Source: Alphaproteobacteria bacterium (GTDB taxonomy: Bacteria > Pseudomonadota > Alphaproteobacteria > SHVV01). From it: DNA of 64,000 nucleotides. Within the stretch, counting starts at the first letter, position 1; each line of letters opens with the position of its first letter. The DNA lies in NCBI GenBank assembly GCA_965261735.1, contig OZ253470.1:2368001-2432000 (forward strand), written 5' to 3'. Of this stretch, positions 11,041-20,457 are shown one piece after another. The notes beneath the pieces were generated by a model. The model had not been told where the DNA came from. It did not search any database and worked only from the letters and a program-made list of their open reading frames with translations. A program made the position numbers and the translations under genes.

Positions 11041-12441
11041 ATGAGTGATCAACCGCCCGCCGGTGGCAACCCGATGTGGGGCGGCCGTTTCCGGGCCGCA
11101 CCGAGCGACGTTCTGCAGCGCATCAACGCCTCGATCGATGTCGACCGGCGCCTGTACGCCCAGGACATTGCGGGTTCGCGCGCTCATTGTAACATGCTGC
11201 AGGCTTGCGGAATCCTGTCCGAGGCCGACGCTCACGCAATTTTGACAGGACTTGATGCCATCGAGCGCGAGATCGTCGAGGGTGAATTTCGCTTCGATCC
11301 CGCGCTCGAGGACATCCACATGAACGTCGAGGCGCGGCTCCATGAGCTCGTCGGCGAGCCGGCCGGGCGGCTGCACACGGCGCGCTCGCGCAACGACCAG
11401 GTCGCGACCGACCTGCGCCTGTGGCTGCGCGAGGCTCTGGACCGGCTCGACGGCGATCTGCGCGGGCTCCAGGCGGCTCTCATCGACCAGGCCGAGCGCC
11501 ACGCCGAGACGGTCATGCCGGGGTTTACGCACCTTCAGGCGGCGCAACCCGTGACCCTAGGGCACCACCTGCTGGCCTACGTCGAGATGTACGAGCGCGA
11601 CCGGGGGCGGGCGCGCGACTGCCGGGCCCGGCTCAACGAATGCCCGCTCGGTGCCGGTGCGCTCGCAGGCACCGCCTTCCCTATCGACCGCGACATGACC
11701 GCACAGGCGCTCGGCTTCGACCGGCCGTGCGCCAACTCGCTCGATGCCGTGTCCGACCGCGACTTCGTGCTCGAATACCTCGCCCAGGCGGCGATCACCG
11801 CGGTCCACCTGTCGCGCCTCGCGGAAGAGATCGTGCTGTGGTCGAGCCCGCAGTTCGGCTTCGTCGCCCTCGGCGACGGCTTTACCACCGGCTCCTCGAT
11901 GATGCCGCAAAAGCGCAACCCCGACGCCGCCGAGCTCGTTCGCGCCAAGGCCGGACGCATCCTCGGTGCGCTAACAGGCCTGATCGTGGTGCTCAAGGGC
12001 CTGCCGCTCGCCTACGCCAAGGACCTGCAGGAGGACAAGGCGCCCGCCTTCGAGACCGCCGACACGCTCGAGCTGTGCGTCGCCGCCATGACCGGGATGG
12101 TCGCCGACATTCGCGTCGATCAAGCTGCCATGCGCGCCGCCGCGGGCCGCGACTACGCGACCGCGACGGACCTCGCCGATTGGCTGGTGCGCGAGCTCGG
12201 CCTGCCGTTTCGCCGCGCCCACGAGGTCACGGGCCGCATCGTCGGCACGGCCGCCGCCAAAGGGGTCGATTTAGACGCCCTCGACCTCGCCGATCTTCAG
12301 GCCGTCGAGCCTGGAATCACGCCCGAGGTTTTCGACGTCATCGAGGTGGCGCGCTCGGTCGCGAGCCGGACGAGCTTCGGCGGCACGGCGCCGGCACGGG
12401 TGCGCGAGGCCGTGGCGCGGGCGCGGGCGCGGCTTTCGTGA
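11041..12441 (+). CDS. argH: Argininosuccinate lyase
   Basis: [39 protein letters not shown]. Confidence 0.97.
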   Translation: MSDQPPAGGNPMWGGRFRAAPSDVLQRINASIDVDRRLYAQDIAGSRAHCNMLQACGILSEADAHAILTGLDAIEREIVEGEFRFDPALEDIHMNVEARLHELVGEPAGRLHTARSRNDQVATDLRLWLREALDRLDGDLRGLQAALIDQAERHAETVMPGFTHLQAAQPVTLGHHLLAYVEMYERDRGRARDCRARLNECPLGAGALAGTAFPIDRDMTAQALGFDRPCANSLDAVSDRDFVLEYLAQAAITAVHLSRLAEEIVLWSSPQFGFVALGDGFTTGSSMMPQKRNPDAAELVRAKAGRILGALTGLIVVLKGLPLAYAKDLQEDKAPAFETADTLELCVAAMTGMVADIRVDQAAMRAAAGRDYATATDLADWLVRELGLPFRRAHEVTGRIVGTAAAKGVDLDALDLADLQAVEPGITPEVFDVIEVARSVASRTSFGGTAPARVREAVARARARLS

Positions 12442-12569
12442 TGCGCGTCCTCCTCGCTCTGCTACTCGCCGTCAGCCTCGCCGGCTCGCTCGCCGCCTGC
12501 GGTAAGAAGGGCAATCTCGACCCCCCGCCGGGCAAGCAGGAAGCTCCCAAAAAGCCACCGTCGGGCTGA
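12441..12569 (+). CDS. Small lipoprotein (LptM/YifL-like)
   Basis: Lipobox LAAC followed by GKKGNLDPP; sits between argH and lysA. Confidence 0.8.
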   Translation: MRVLLALLLAVSLAGSLAACGKKGNLDPPPGKQEAPKKPPSG

Positions 12570-12580
12570 GGCCGCAGGGA

Positions 12581-13879
12581 ATGGGCGGATCAGGGCACTT
12601 TGCTTACCGCGACCGCGAGCTGCATGCCGAGGAAGTGCCGCTCGCACGCATTGCGGCCGATGTAGGTACGCCGTTCTATTGCTATGCGACGGCCGAGCTG
12701 CGCGAGCGCTACGGCGCCTTCGCCGAGGCGTTTGCCGGGATGGACGCGGGCATCTTCTATTCCGTCAAGGCCAACTCCAACCTCGCCGTCATCCGCACCT
12801 TCGGCGAGCTCGGTGCGGGCGCCGACGTGGTATCCGAGGGCGAGCTGCGGCGAGCGTTGGCGGCGGGCATCGACGGTGGGCGCATCGTCTACTCGGGGGT
12901 CGGCAAGACGACGCGCGAGCTCTTGGCCGGGCTCGACGCGGCGATCCTTCAGTTCAACGTCGAGTCCGAGGGCGAGCTGCGCCAGCTGAGCGAGCTCGCC
13001 GCCGCCCGCGGCGCGGTGGCGCGGGTCGCGCTCCGCCTCAACCCCGACGTCGACGCAGCGACCCACGACAAGATCGCCACCGGCAAGGCCGAGAACAAGT
13101 TCGGCATTCCGTGGCCCGAGGCGCGCGAGGTCTACCGTACGGCCGCCGACCTGCCCGGCATCGAAGTCACCGGCATCGCGGTCCATATCGGCTCGCAGCT
13201 CACCGACCTCGCGCCCCTGGAGGCCGCTTTCGGCGTGCTCGCGGACGCGGTTCGGACTTTGCGCGCCGATGGCCACGCCGTCCGCCGGCTCGATCTCGGC
13301 GGCGGCTTGGGTATCGCCTATCGCGATGAGACCCCGCCCTCGCCAGACGCCTACGCGGCCATGATCCGGCGCGTGTTGGGGCCGCTCGATGCGACGCTGA
13401 TCCTCGAGCCGGGCCGCCATCTGGTCGGCAACGCCGGCGTCCTGGTCGCCCGCGTCGTCCTGGTCAAGCAGATGGGTGCGCGCCGCATCGTCGTCGTCGA
13501 CGGAGCGATGAACGACCTGATTCGCCCTTCCTTCTACGAGGCTTGGCACACGATCGTACCGATCCGCGAGCCCGCGGCGGGGGACGCCGAAGCGCCGGCC
13601 GACGTCGTCGGGCCGGTCTGCGAATCAGCCGACGTCTTCGCGGCGGGGCGACCCCTCACGGCCGTGAACACGGACGATTTACTCGCCTTTTACTCGGCCG
13701 GTGCTTATGGTGCTGTGATGGCATCGACGTATAACAGCCGCCGGCTGGTGCCGGAGGTGTTGGTGTGCGGCTCGGAGTATGCGCTCGTGAGGGCGCGCCC
13801 CAGCTACGACGACATGCTGGCGCTCGAAACGATCCCCGAATGGCTGGCGATGCCGGCGGTCGCGGGGGGCGTATCGTGA
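12581..13879 (+). CDS. lysA: Diaminopimelate decarboxylase
   Basis: YSVKANSN, HIGSQ, DLGGGLG, EPGR, GPVCES, GAYG. Confidence 0.96.
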   Translation: MGGSGHFAYRDRELHAEEVPLARIAADVGTPFYCYATAELRERYGAFAEAFAGMDAGIFYSVKANSNLAVIRTFGELGAGADVVSEGELRRALAAGIDGGRIVYSGVGKTTRELLAGLDAAILQFNVESEGELRQLSELAAARGAVARVALRLNPDVDAATHDKIATGKAENKFGIPWPEAREVYRTAADLPGIEVTGIAVHIGSQLTDLAPLEAAFGVLADAVRTLRADGHAVRRLDLGGGLGIAYRDETPPSPDAYAAMIRRVLGPLDATLILEPGRHLVGNAGVLVARVVLVKQMGARRIVVVDGAMNDLIRPSFYEAWHTIVPIREPAAGDAEAPADVVGPVCESADVFAAGRPLTAVNTDDLLAFYSAGAYGAVMASTYNSRRLVPEVLVCGSEYALVRARPSYDDMLALETIPEWLAMPAVAGGVS

Positions 13880-16248
13880 TGCGGCTCGAAGCCATTCTGC
13901 GCCGCAAGCAGCGCCTGGCGCGCGCCGCCCTGCTGTGGGAGCGCCTGTGGCCGGCCCTGTGGCCCGCGGTCGCGACCGTCGGGCTCTTCCTGGCGCTGAC
14001 GCTGGGCGGCCTGTGGTTGGCGCTGCCGGGATGGCCACACGTGGCTCTGCTGTTCGTGTTCCTGGGCCTCCTTGTCGTCGCCCTGTGGACGGGCTTGCGG
14101 GCCCTGTCCCTACCCGACGAGGAGGCGGCGCGACGGCGGCTCGAGCGCAACAGCGCCCTCGACCACCGCCCCCTGACGGTGCTCAACGATCGTCTCGCCA
14201 CCCGCGCCCAAGACGCACAGAGCGCGGCGCTGTGGCGGCTTCATCGCGAGCGCGCGGCGGCGGCCCTGCGACGGCTCAGGGTCGGCATTCCCCGCGCCGG
14301 CCTCGCCGAGCGCGACCCGTGGGCGATGCGCGTCGCCGTGGCGCTTGTCGTCCTGGTCGCCTTTATCGGCGCCGGGAGCGACGCGGAGCGGCGCCTGGCG
14401 AGCGCCTTCAGACCCGACTTCTCCACCCCGGCCGCCGCGCTCGCGGTCCTCGAGGCGTGGCTGACGCCGCCTGCCTACACCCGCCTTCCCCCCATCTTTC
14501 TGACGACACCCGAGGCGAGCGCGTCGGTTCTGCGCGTGCCCGAGGGGAGCACGCTGCTGGCGCGCGTATCGGGTGGTAGCGGGCGCCCCGTTCTTACCCT
14601 CGATGACGAGGCCGTGCCGTTCACCGATGTCGATGCCTCGGCCTACCAGATCGAGCATGCCATTGGCGGCGGGCGAGAGCTCGCCGTGGTTCAGGAGCGT
14701 AGTGAGCTCGGCCGCTGGCTGCTCGATGTGGTCACCGACGAGGTGCCGCGGGTGGCGCTCGTCAAGGAGCCGGCGCCCTCGGCCCGCGGCGCCCTCGGGA
14801 TCGAGTACGAGGCCAGCGACGACTACGGGCTAGCCTCGGTCAAGGCGACCTTTCGGCGGGCTGGCGCGAGCGACACCATCGAGCTCGATCTACCGCTCGC
14901 GGGGCTGCGGCTCAAGAGCGCCCGCGAGAGGAGCTTCCACGACCTGACACCGCACACCTGGGCGGGCCTCCCGGTGACGTTACGGCTGTCGGCGACCGAC
15001 GCGAGGGAGCAGCTCGGCGAGAGCGAGGACGTGGACCTCGTGCTGCCCGAGCGCAACTTCCGCCATCCCGTGGCGCGGGCAATCATCGAGCAGCGCAAGA
15101 TCCTCACCCTCGATCCGACCCGTCGCGACAAGGTGGCGGCGGCGCTGCGCGCGCTGACGCTGCTGCCGGGCGACTATTTCGACGACGCGGTCGTCCATCT
15201 GGCGCTCAGGATCGCCTCCCGTCGCCTCGTCGATGATAGCGGTGACGATGTGGTCAGCGGCGTCCAGTCCTTGCTATGGGACACGGCGCTCCGCATCGAG
15301 GACGGCAACGTCTCCATCGCCGGCGGCGAGTTGCGCGCGGCGCAGAAGGCCCTGATGGACGCCCTGGCGCGGGACGCCTCCGATGAGGAGATCCAGCGCC
15401 TGATGGACGAGCTGCAGCGGGCGATGGCTCAATACCTCGAGGCCCTCGCCGACCAGGCGATGCGGATGGCGGAGCGGGGCGCGCCGCCGCTCGACCCGAA
15501 CGGCACCTTGATGCGCGGGGACGAGCTGCAGAGGATGCTCGAGCGGGCGCGCACCTTGAGCCAGATGGGGGCACGCGAGGCGGCGCGCCAGCTGCTGGCG
15601 GAGCTTCAAAACATCCTCGAGAACCTGCGCGCCGGCGTGATGGCGCGCCCGGGTGAAGAGGGCGGCGGCCAGGCCCTGCGCGGCCTCAACGACCTCATGC
15701 ACCAGCAGCAGGAGCTGCTCGACCGGACCTTCCGCAGTCATCGCCAAGGGGTGCCGCCCGATGGCATGAGCTTCGGTGACATGGCCGCCCGGCAGGGCCA
15801 GCTGCGGCGGATGCTGGGTGAGGTCATGCGCGCGATCGGCGAGGGCGGCTTCGAGATCCCGGGCGCCCTGGGCAGGGCCGATCAGGCGATGCGCGAGGCG
15901 CTGGACGCCCTCGGGCAGGCCGCGCCGGGCGAGGCCGTCGGGCCGCAAACGAGTGCGCTCGACCAGCTCCGCCAGGGCGCCGGCGAGCTCATGCGCTCGC
16001 TGATGGCGAATGGCGGTCTCCTCGACAGCGAGCTCGATTACGAGGGCGCCGGCGAACTCGGGCGCGATCCGTTCGGGCGGGTCACCGGAGGGCGCGGCGC
16101 GATGGACGATCGGCGTGTCCGCATCCCCGACGAGTCGGACGTGCAACGAGCGCGCGAAATCCTCCAAGAGCTCTACCGGCGCGCCGGACAGCGCACGCGC
16201 TCGGCCACCGAGCTCGACTACATCGGGCGCCTGCTGCGCCGGTTCTAG
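13879..16248 (+). CDS. TIGR02302/DUF4175 family membrane protein
   Basis: WERLWP, DPWAMR, W.TPPAYT, DDYG, LPER.F.HPVARAIIEQR, RDPFGR, ELDYIGRLL; follows lysA. Confidence 0.88.
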   Translation: MRLEAILRRKQRLARAALLWERLWPALWPAVATVGLFLALTLGGLWLALPGWPHVALLFVFLGLLVVALWTGLRALSLPDEEAARRRLERNSALDHRPLTVLNDRLATRAQDAQSAALWRLHRERAAAALRRLRVGIPRAGLAERDPWAMRVAVALVVLVAFIGAGSDAERRLASAFRPDFSTPAAALAVLEAWLTPPAYTRLPPIFLTTPEASASVLRVPEGSTLLARVSGGSGRPVLTLDDEAVPFTDVDASAYQIEHAIGGGRELAVVQERSELGRWLLDVVTDEVPRVALVKEPAPSARGALGIEYEASDDYGLASVKATFRRAGASDTIELDLPLAGLRLKSARERSFHDLTPHTWAGLPVTLRLSATDAREQLGESEDVDLVLPERNFRHPVARAIIEQRKILTLDPTRRDKVAAALRALTLLPGDYFDDAVVHLALRIASRRLVDDSGDDVVSGVQSLLWDTALRIEDGNVSIAGGELRAAQKALMDALARDASDEEIQRLMDELQRAMAQYLEALADQAMRMAERGAPPLDPNGTLMRGDELQRMLERARTLSQMGAREAARQLLAELQNILENLRAGVMARPGEEGGGQALRGLNDLMHQQQELLDRTFRSHRQGVPPDGMSFGDMAARQGQLRRMLGEVMRAIGEGGFEIPGALGRADQAMREALDALGQAAPGEAVGPQTSALDQLRQGAGELMRSLMANGGLLDSELDYEGAGELGRDPFGRVTGGRGAMDDRRVRIPDESDVQRAREILQELYRRAGQRTRSATELDYIGRLLRRF

Positions 16249-16274
16249 GCGCTCTTCTTCTTCCGTGCGCGGCC

Positions 16275-16640
16275 CTAGGGGCCGCCGGCCAGCACCCGCT
16301 CGACGGCGGCGTTGATTTCGTCCGCCGTGAAAGGCTTGGCCACGAGGTCGCTGATCAGCACGCGTAGGTTTTGCGCGCGCTCGATCTCGTCGCCAAACCC
16401 GCTCATCAGCAGGACGCGCACGTCCGGGTGCTCCTTGACCACCTTCAGTGCCAGCGCGACGCCATCGACGATCGGCATGCGGATATCGGCGAGCACGAGA
16501 TCGAGGTTTCCCAGGGCCAGGGCGCGGACGGCCTCGGCGCCATCGTGCACGACTATCACCTCATGGCCGTGGGCGGCGAGCGCCCGCCGCACGAACTCGG
16601 CGTGATCGAAATCGTCCTCTGCAACGAGAATGCGCGGCAC
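16275..16640 (-). CDS. Single-domain response regulator (CpdR-like)
   Basis: ILVAEDD, ADIRMP..DG, MSGF, KPF. Confidence 0.88.
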   Translation of the reverse strand: MPRILVAEDDFDHAEFVRRALAAHGHEVIVVHDGAEAVRALALGNLDLVLADIRMPIVDGVALALKVVKEHPDVRVLLMSGFGDEIERAQNLRVLISDLVAKPFTADEINAAVERVLAGGP

Positions 16641-16721
16641 CGGCCCTCCCCGGATTGCCCCGCCTATGTTAGCCGAAAAACGGCGTCCCCAGGTAGCGGG
16701 CCGGCGTTCTCGCGGCGGCGC

Positions 16722-17411
16722 TCAGCCCTCCTGCTCGCTGGCAAAGAACTCAACCTCCAGGCTGCGCGCGGCCTCGGGCGGATCGGGAACCTGGGTGTCG
16801 AAGGCTGTCATCTGGGTCGGCGCCAGCTCATTCTGGGCGGCGGAAAAGGTCCAGCTGAAGATCTCGCGCTTGCGCACGTCGAGGAGGCTACCGCGCAACA
16901 TCGGCACCGGTCGCGCCTCGCCCGAATTGTTGACGATCTCGCCGACGACGACCAACGTCGGACGATTGTTCTCGATCTGCTGCGTCGAGGTTACGTTGCG
17001 AATATCGAGCCCAACGCCGACCTGGCCCACGCTGAGGCCGACGACGCTGTAGAAGCCCGCCGCCGGGGGCCACTGGACGACGATCCAATCGCGGCCAAAC
17101 CAACCGCCACCGACGATAAGGACGATGACGGCAGCAAGCGCCGACCAGCCCACGATCTGGCCGATCGAGCCGCGCTGAGCCTCCGCCGCCCCGCGTCGAC
17201 CGCTGCGGCCGGTTTCCTGGAGAACCGACGCCCCGATGTCCCCGTCGACGTCTGGCACCGGCAGCGCTCCGACGCTAGCCGGAACATCGCCGGGCAGGCG
17301 CTCGGTCCAGGTGTGTCCGCATCTTACGCACCTGACGATGCGCCCATTGGGGGCGAGCAACTCAGGGTCGATGTTGTAACGGGTCTCGCAATTGGGGCAC
17401 GTCGTAATCAT
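16722..17411 (-). CDS. MJ0042-type zinc-ribbon / DUF3426 membrane protein
   Basis: CPNC.TRY...VRCVRCGHTW, one TM helix, C-terminal beta domain; divergent from ftsE. Confidence 0.85.
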   Translation of the reverse strand: MITTCPNCETRYNIDPELLAPNGRIVRCVRCGHTWTERLPGDVPASVGALPVPDVDGDIGASVLQETGRSGRRGAAEAQRGSIGQIVGWSALAAVIVLIVGGGWFGRDWIVVQWPPAAGFYSVVGLSVGQVGVGLDIRNVTSTQQIENNRPTLVVVGEIVNNSGEARPVPMLRGSLLDVRKREIFSWTFSAAQNELAPTQMTAFDTQVPDPPEAARSLEVEFFASEQEG

Positions 17412-17572
17412 CGAGGACCCTGAGCTTTTTGCGGCCACACCTTATAAGCCGCTGGCCGAATCGAGGCAAGAGTAGCACGAGACGCGCGCACTGGACGCGG
17501 CGGTAGACGGTGTGCGATGCTTGAGGGTCGGTGACGGGACGCGGGCGGCGCCTGCACGAGGACGAGAGGCAC

Positions 17573-18274
17573 GTGGTTCGCTTTGAGAAGGTCGCCATGC
17601 GTTACGGCTGCGGGCCGAACGTGCTGAGCGATATCTCGTTTCATCTCGAGCCAGGTTCGTTCCATTTCCTGACCGGGCAGAGCGGCGCCGGGAAAACCTC
17701 GCTGCTGCGCCTGCTCTACCTCGCGCACCGTCCGTCACAGGGCTCCATCGTCATGTTCGGCCGCGACATGACGCGCCTCAAGCGCCGGGCGCTGCCCGCC
17801 TACCGCCGCCGCATCGGCGTCGTGTTCCAGGATTTTCGCCTGCTCGACCATCTGACGGCGCTCGACAACGTGGCCCTGCCGCTGCGCATCGCGGGCGCGC
17901 GCCGGGCCGACGTCGAGGTCCACGTCGCCGAGCTCCTCGCTTGGGTCGGCCTCGGCGACAAGATTCACGCCACGCCGCCGACCATGTCGGACGGCGAGAA
18001 GCAGCGCGCCGCGATCGCGCGCGCCGTCATCGCCCGGCCGAGCCTGCTACTGGCCGACGAGCCGACGGGTAACGTCGACCCCGAGCGCGGCCTTAAGGTG
18101 CTCCACCTCTTCGGGGAGCTCAACAAGATCGGCACCACCATCGTCATCGCGACGCACGATCGCCATCTGGTGACGCGTTTCGACCACCCCGAGCTGCGGC
18201 TCGTCGACGGCGAGCTCGAAACGATTCGGCCCGCCGCGCCCCCGGTGCTCCGGCCCCTGCGCGGGAGGGCCTGA
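17573..18274 (+). CDS. ftsE: Cell division ATP-binding protein FtsE
   Basis: GQSGAGKT, RRIGVVFQDFRLL, LLADEPTGNVD. Confidence 0.93.
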   Translation: MVRFEKVAMRYGCGPNVLSDISFHLEPGSFHFLTGQSGAGKTSLLRLLYLAHRPSQGSIVMFGRDMTRLKRRALPAYRRRIGVVFQDFRLLDHLTALDNVALPLRIAGARRADVEVHVAELLAWVGLGDKIHATPPTMSDGEKQRAAIARAVIARPSLLLADEPTGNVDPERGLKVLHLFGELNKIGTTIVIATHDRHLVTRFDHPELRLVDGELETIRPAAPPVLRPLRGRA

Positions 18275-18277
18275 GCC

Positions 18278-19159
18278 GTGGCACGGCGCGCGGAGGCCCC
18301 CTTTCGACCGGCCGCCTCGGGCCGGTTGCTGCCGCTCATTATCGCCGTCATGGTGTTCCTGGCGACGATGGCGCTGATCGCGGCGCTGGCGCTCAACAAT
18401 GCCGTCGGGCGCTGGGACGACAACCTGTCCGGTGGCCTGACGGTTAGAATCGCCACCGGCAACGCCAGCGTTGCCGCGACCGCCGCCGAGGTCCAGTCGG
18501 CGCTGGCCGAGCTGCGGCAGACGCCTGGCGTCGCCACGGCACGCGCGCTGTCCGAGGGCGAACTCGCGGCGCTACTGGAGCCCTGGCTCGGTAAGGGCAA
18601 CCTGGGGCCGGATCTACCCGTACCGCACCTCCTCGACGTCACCCTCGAGCCCGGCGCCGATGTCGATCTCGCCGCACTCACGCAGCGCCTGACGGCGGTG
18701 GCGCCAAGCGCCGTGCTCGACGATCATCGCACTTGGCTCGATCAGCTGGTGCGCCTCGCACGCTGGGCCCAGATCGTCGCCGTGGCCGCGATCGTCGTGC
18801 TCGGGCTCTCCGCCATCGTCGTCGTCGCGTTCGCGATTCAGGCCGACCTCGCCTCCCAAACCCATGCCGCCGAGGTCCTGCACCTGATCGGCGCACGCGA
18901 TTCCTATATCGCGCGCCAGTTCCAGGGCCACGCGCTGGCGCTGGGCTTGCGCGGCGGCGTGCTCGGCATGGCCCTGGCGCTGGCCACCTTTTTGGCCCTC
19001 GCGCGCTTTGCCGCCGGGTTCGATGCGCCTCTGCTGCCGCGCCTCGACTTGGGCCCATTCGATTGGGCCGCCGTTGCGGCGGTACCGTTGGCGGCGGCGC
19101 TCATCGCCACGACGACGGCGCACCTTACCGTGATGCGAGCGCTACGCCGCTTGCCCTAG
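18278..19159 (+). CDS. ftsX: Cell division permease FtsX
   Basis: Follows ftsE; LLEPWLG, DDHRTW, LHLIGARDSYIARQF; four TM helices. Confidence 0.9.
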   Translation: MARRAEAPFRPAASGRLLPLIIAVMVFLATMALIAALALNNAVGRWDDNLSGGLTVRIATGNASVAATAAEVQSALAELRQTPGVATARALSEGELAALLEPWLGKGNLGPDLPVPHLLDVTLEPGADVDLAALTQRLTAVAPSAVLDDHRTWLDQLVRLARWAQIVAVAAIVVLGLSAIVVVAFAIQADLASQTHAAEVLHLIGARDSYIARQFQGHALALGLRGGVLGMALALATFLALARFAAGFDAPLLPRLDLGPFDWAAVAAVPLAAALIATTTAHLTVMRALRRLP

Positions 19160-19162
19160 CCC

Positions 19163-19714
19163 ATGCTGGTTCTGCTCGACCGAGACGGCGTGCTCAATCG
19201 TGATCGGCCCGACTACGTGAAGACGCCCGACGAACTCGTCATGATCGAGGGTTCCGCCGCCGCCGTCGCTCGCCTCAATCGCGCGGGTCACCGGGTCGCG
19301 GCGGTCACCAACCAGTCAGCCGTCGGCCGCGGGCTCATCGATGCCGCGATGCTCGGGCGAATTCACGATCGTTTGCGCTCTCACCTCGCGGCGGCGGGCG
19401 CCCACCTCGACGCCCTCATCGAGTGCACCGACCCCCCCTGGGCGCCGAGCGAGCGTCGCAAGCCCGAACCCGGCATGCTGTGCGAGGCATTGGCCCGCTT
19501 CGGCGCCGCCGCGGCGGAGACGCCGATGATCGGCGACTCGCTGCGCGACCTGGAAGCCGCCGCCGCCGCCGGCTGCCGGCGCTATCTCGTGCGCACCGGC
19601 AACGGCCGCAAGACGGAAGGGCGCGTGCCCCGCGATCTGGAGCCAGTGCGCGTTTTCGACGATCTCGGCGACACCGTCGATCACCTGCTGAGCCCGGACA
19701 CATGGCGCAGCTGA
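19163..19714 (+). CDS. gmhB: D-glycero-D-manno-heptose 1,7-bisphosphate phosphatase (HAD IIIA)
   Basis: LLDRDGVLN, VTNQS, RKPEPGM, MIGDSLRD, VRTGNG. Confidence 0.85.
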   Translation: MLVLLDRDGVLNRDRPDYVKTPDELVMIEGSAAAVARLNRAGHRVAAVTNQSAVGRGLIDAAMLGRIHDRLRSHLAAAGAHLDALIECTDPPWAPSERRKPEPGMLCEALARFGAAAAETPMIGDSLRDLEAAAAAGCRRYLVRTGNGRKTEGRVPRDLEPVRVFDDLGDTVDHLLSPDTWRS

Positions 19715-20346
19715 CCTTCCGTGCGCGAAAGCGGCGCTTGTTGCCGCTGGTCCATGGCCTGCTCGCCATCGCCATAGCCGGGCTCGCACTTTGGTTCGGG
19801 GGGCTCGTCTGGTTCGTCGACGGCATCAGAAGCGAGACCGGAGACGCCACGAGCGCCGCCGACGCCATTGTCGTCCTCACGGGCGGAAGCGGGCGGATCG
19901 ACGCCGGGCTCGCCTTGCTCGGCGCCGGCCGCGCTCAAATGCTCTTCATCTCGGGCGTCGATCGGGGTACGTCGAGGGCCGAGATACGTCGCCGCGCCGA
20001 GCGCTACCCCGAGGCCTTCGAGTGCTGCGTCGTGCTTGGGCGCGAGGCCACCAACACCGCCGGCAACGCCGAGGAAACCGGGCACTGGATGGTCGAGCGG
20101 GACTTTACGAGCTTGTTCGTGGTGACCACGGATTTTCATCTGCCGCGGAGCTTGATCGAATTCCGCCGCGTCATGCCCAATGTCCGCCTCATCGCGGTTC
20201 CCGTTTCCGCCCGCAACATCAAGATCGACTCCTGGTGGCAGTGGCCCGGAACGGCCTGGTTGATCTCACAGGAGTTGGGCAAATACCTGGTCAGTGTGGC
20301 CCGCCTGTATTTGTCGCGCGGTATGCACGCGCTGGCGCTGGCCTAG
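19702..20346 (+). CDS. YdcF/DUF218 family protein
   Basis: DAIVVLTGG..RI, NTAGNA.ET, VTTDFHLPRS. Confidence 0.85.
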   Translation: MAQLTFRARKRRLLPLVHGLLAIAIAGLALWFGGLVWFVDGIRSETGDATSAADAIVVLTGGSGRIDAGLALLGAGRAQMLFISGVDRGTSRAEIRRRAERYPEAFECCVVLGREATNTAGNAEETGHWMVERDFTSLFVVTTDFHLPRSLIEFRRVMPNVRLIAVPVSARNIKIDSWWQWPGTAWLISQELGKYLVSVARLYLSRGMHALALA

Positions 20347-20350
20347 TCGG

Positions 20351-20366
20351 AAACATAACGAGAACA
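20351..20366 (+). promoter_or_regulatory. Possible alphaproteobacterial LexA box upstream of nrdJ
   Basis: AAAC-N7-GAAC(A), one mismatch to GAAC-N7-GAAC. Confidence 0.3.
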
Positions 20367-20457
20367 TTGAAACACGCCGCCGGCCTAGGGTAAGATGCCA
20401 TGGGGCCAGTGCGCCGCCGCGCGTTGCGCTGGATCTCGGGTCAGGGTTCGACACCGC

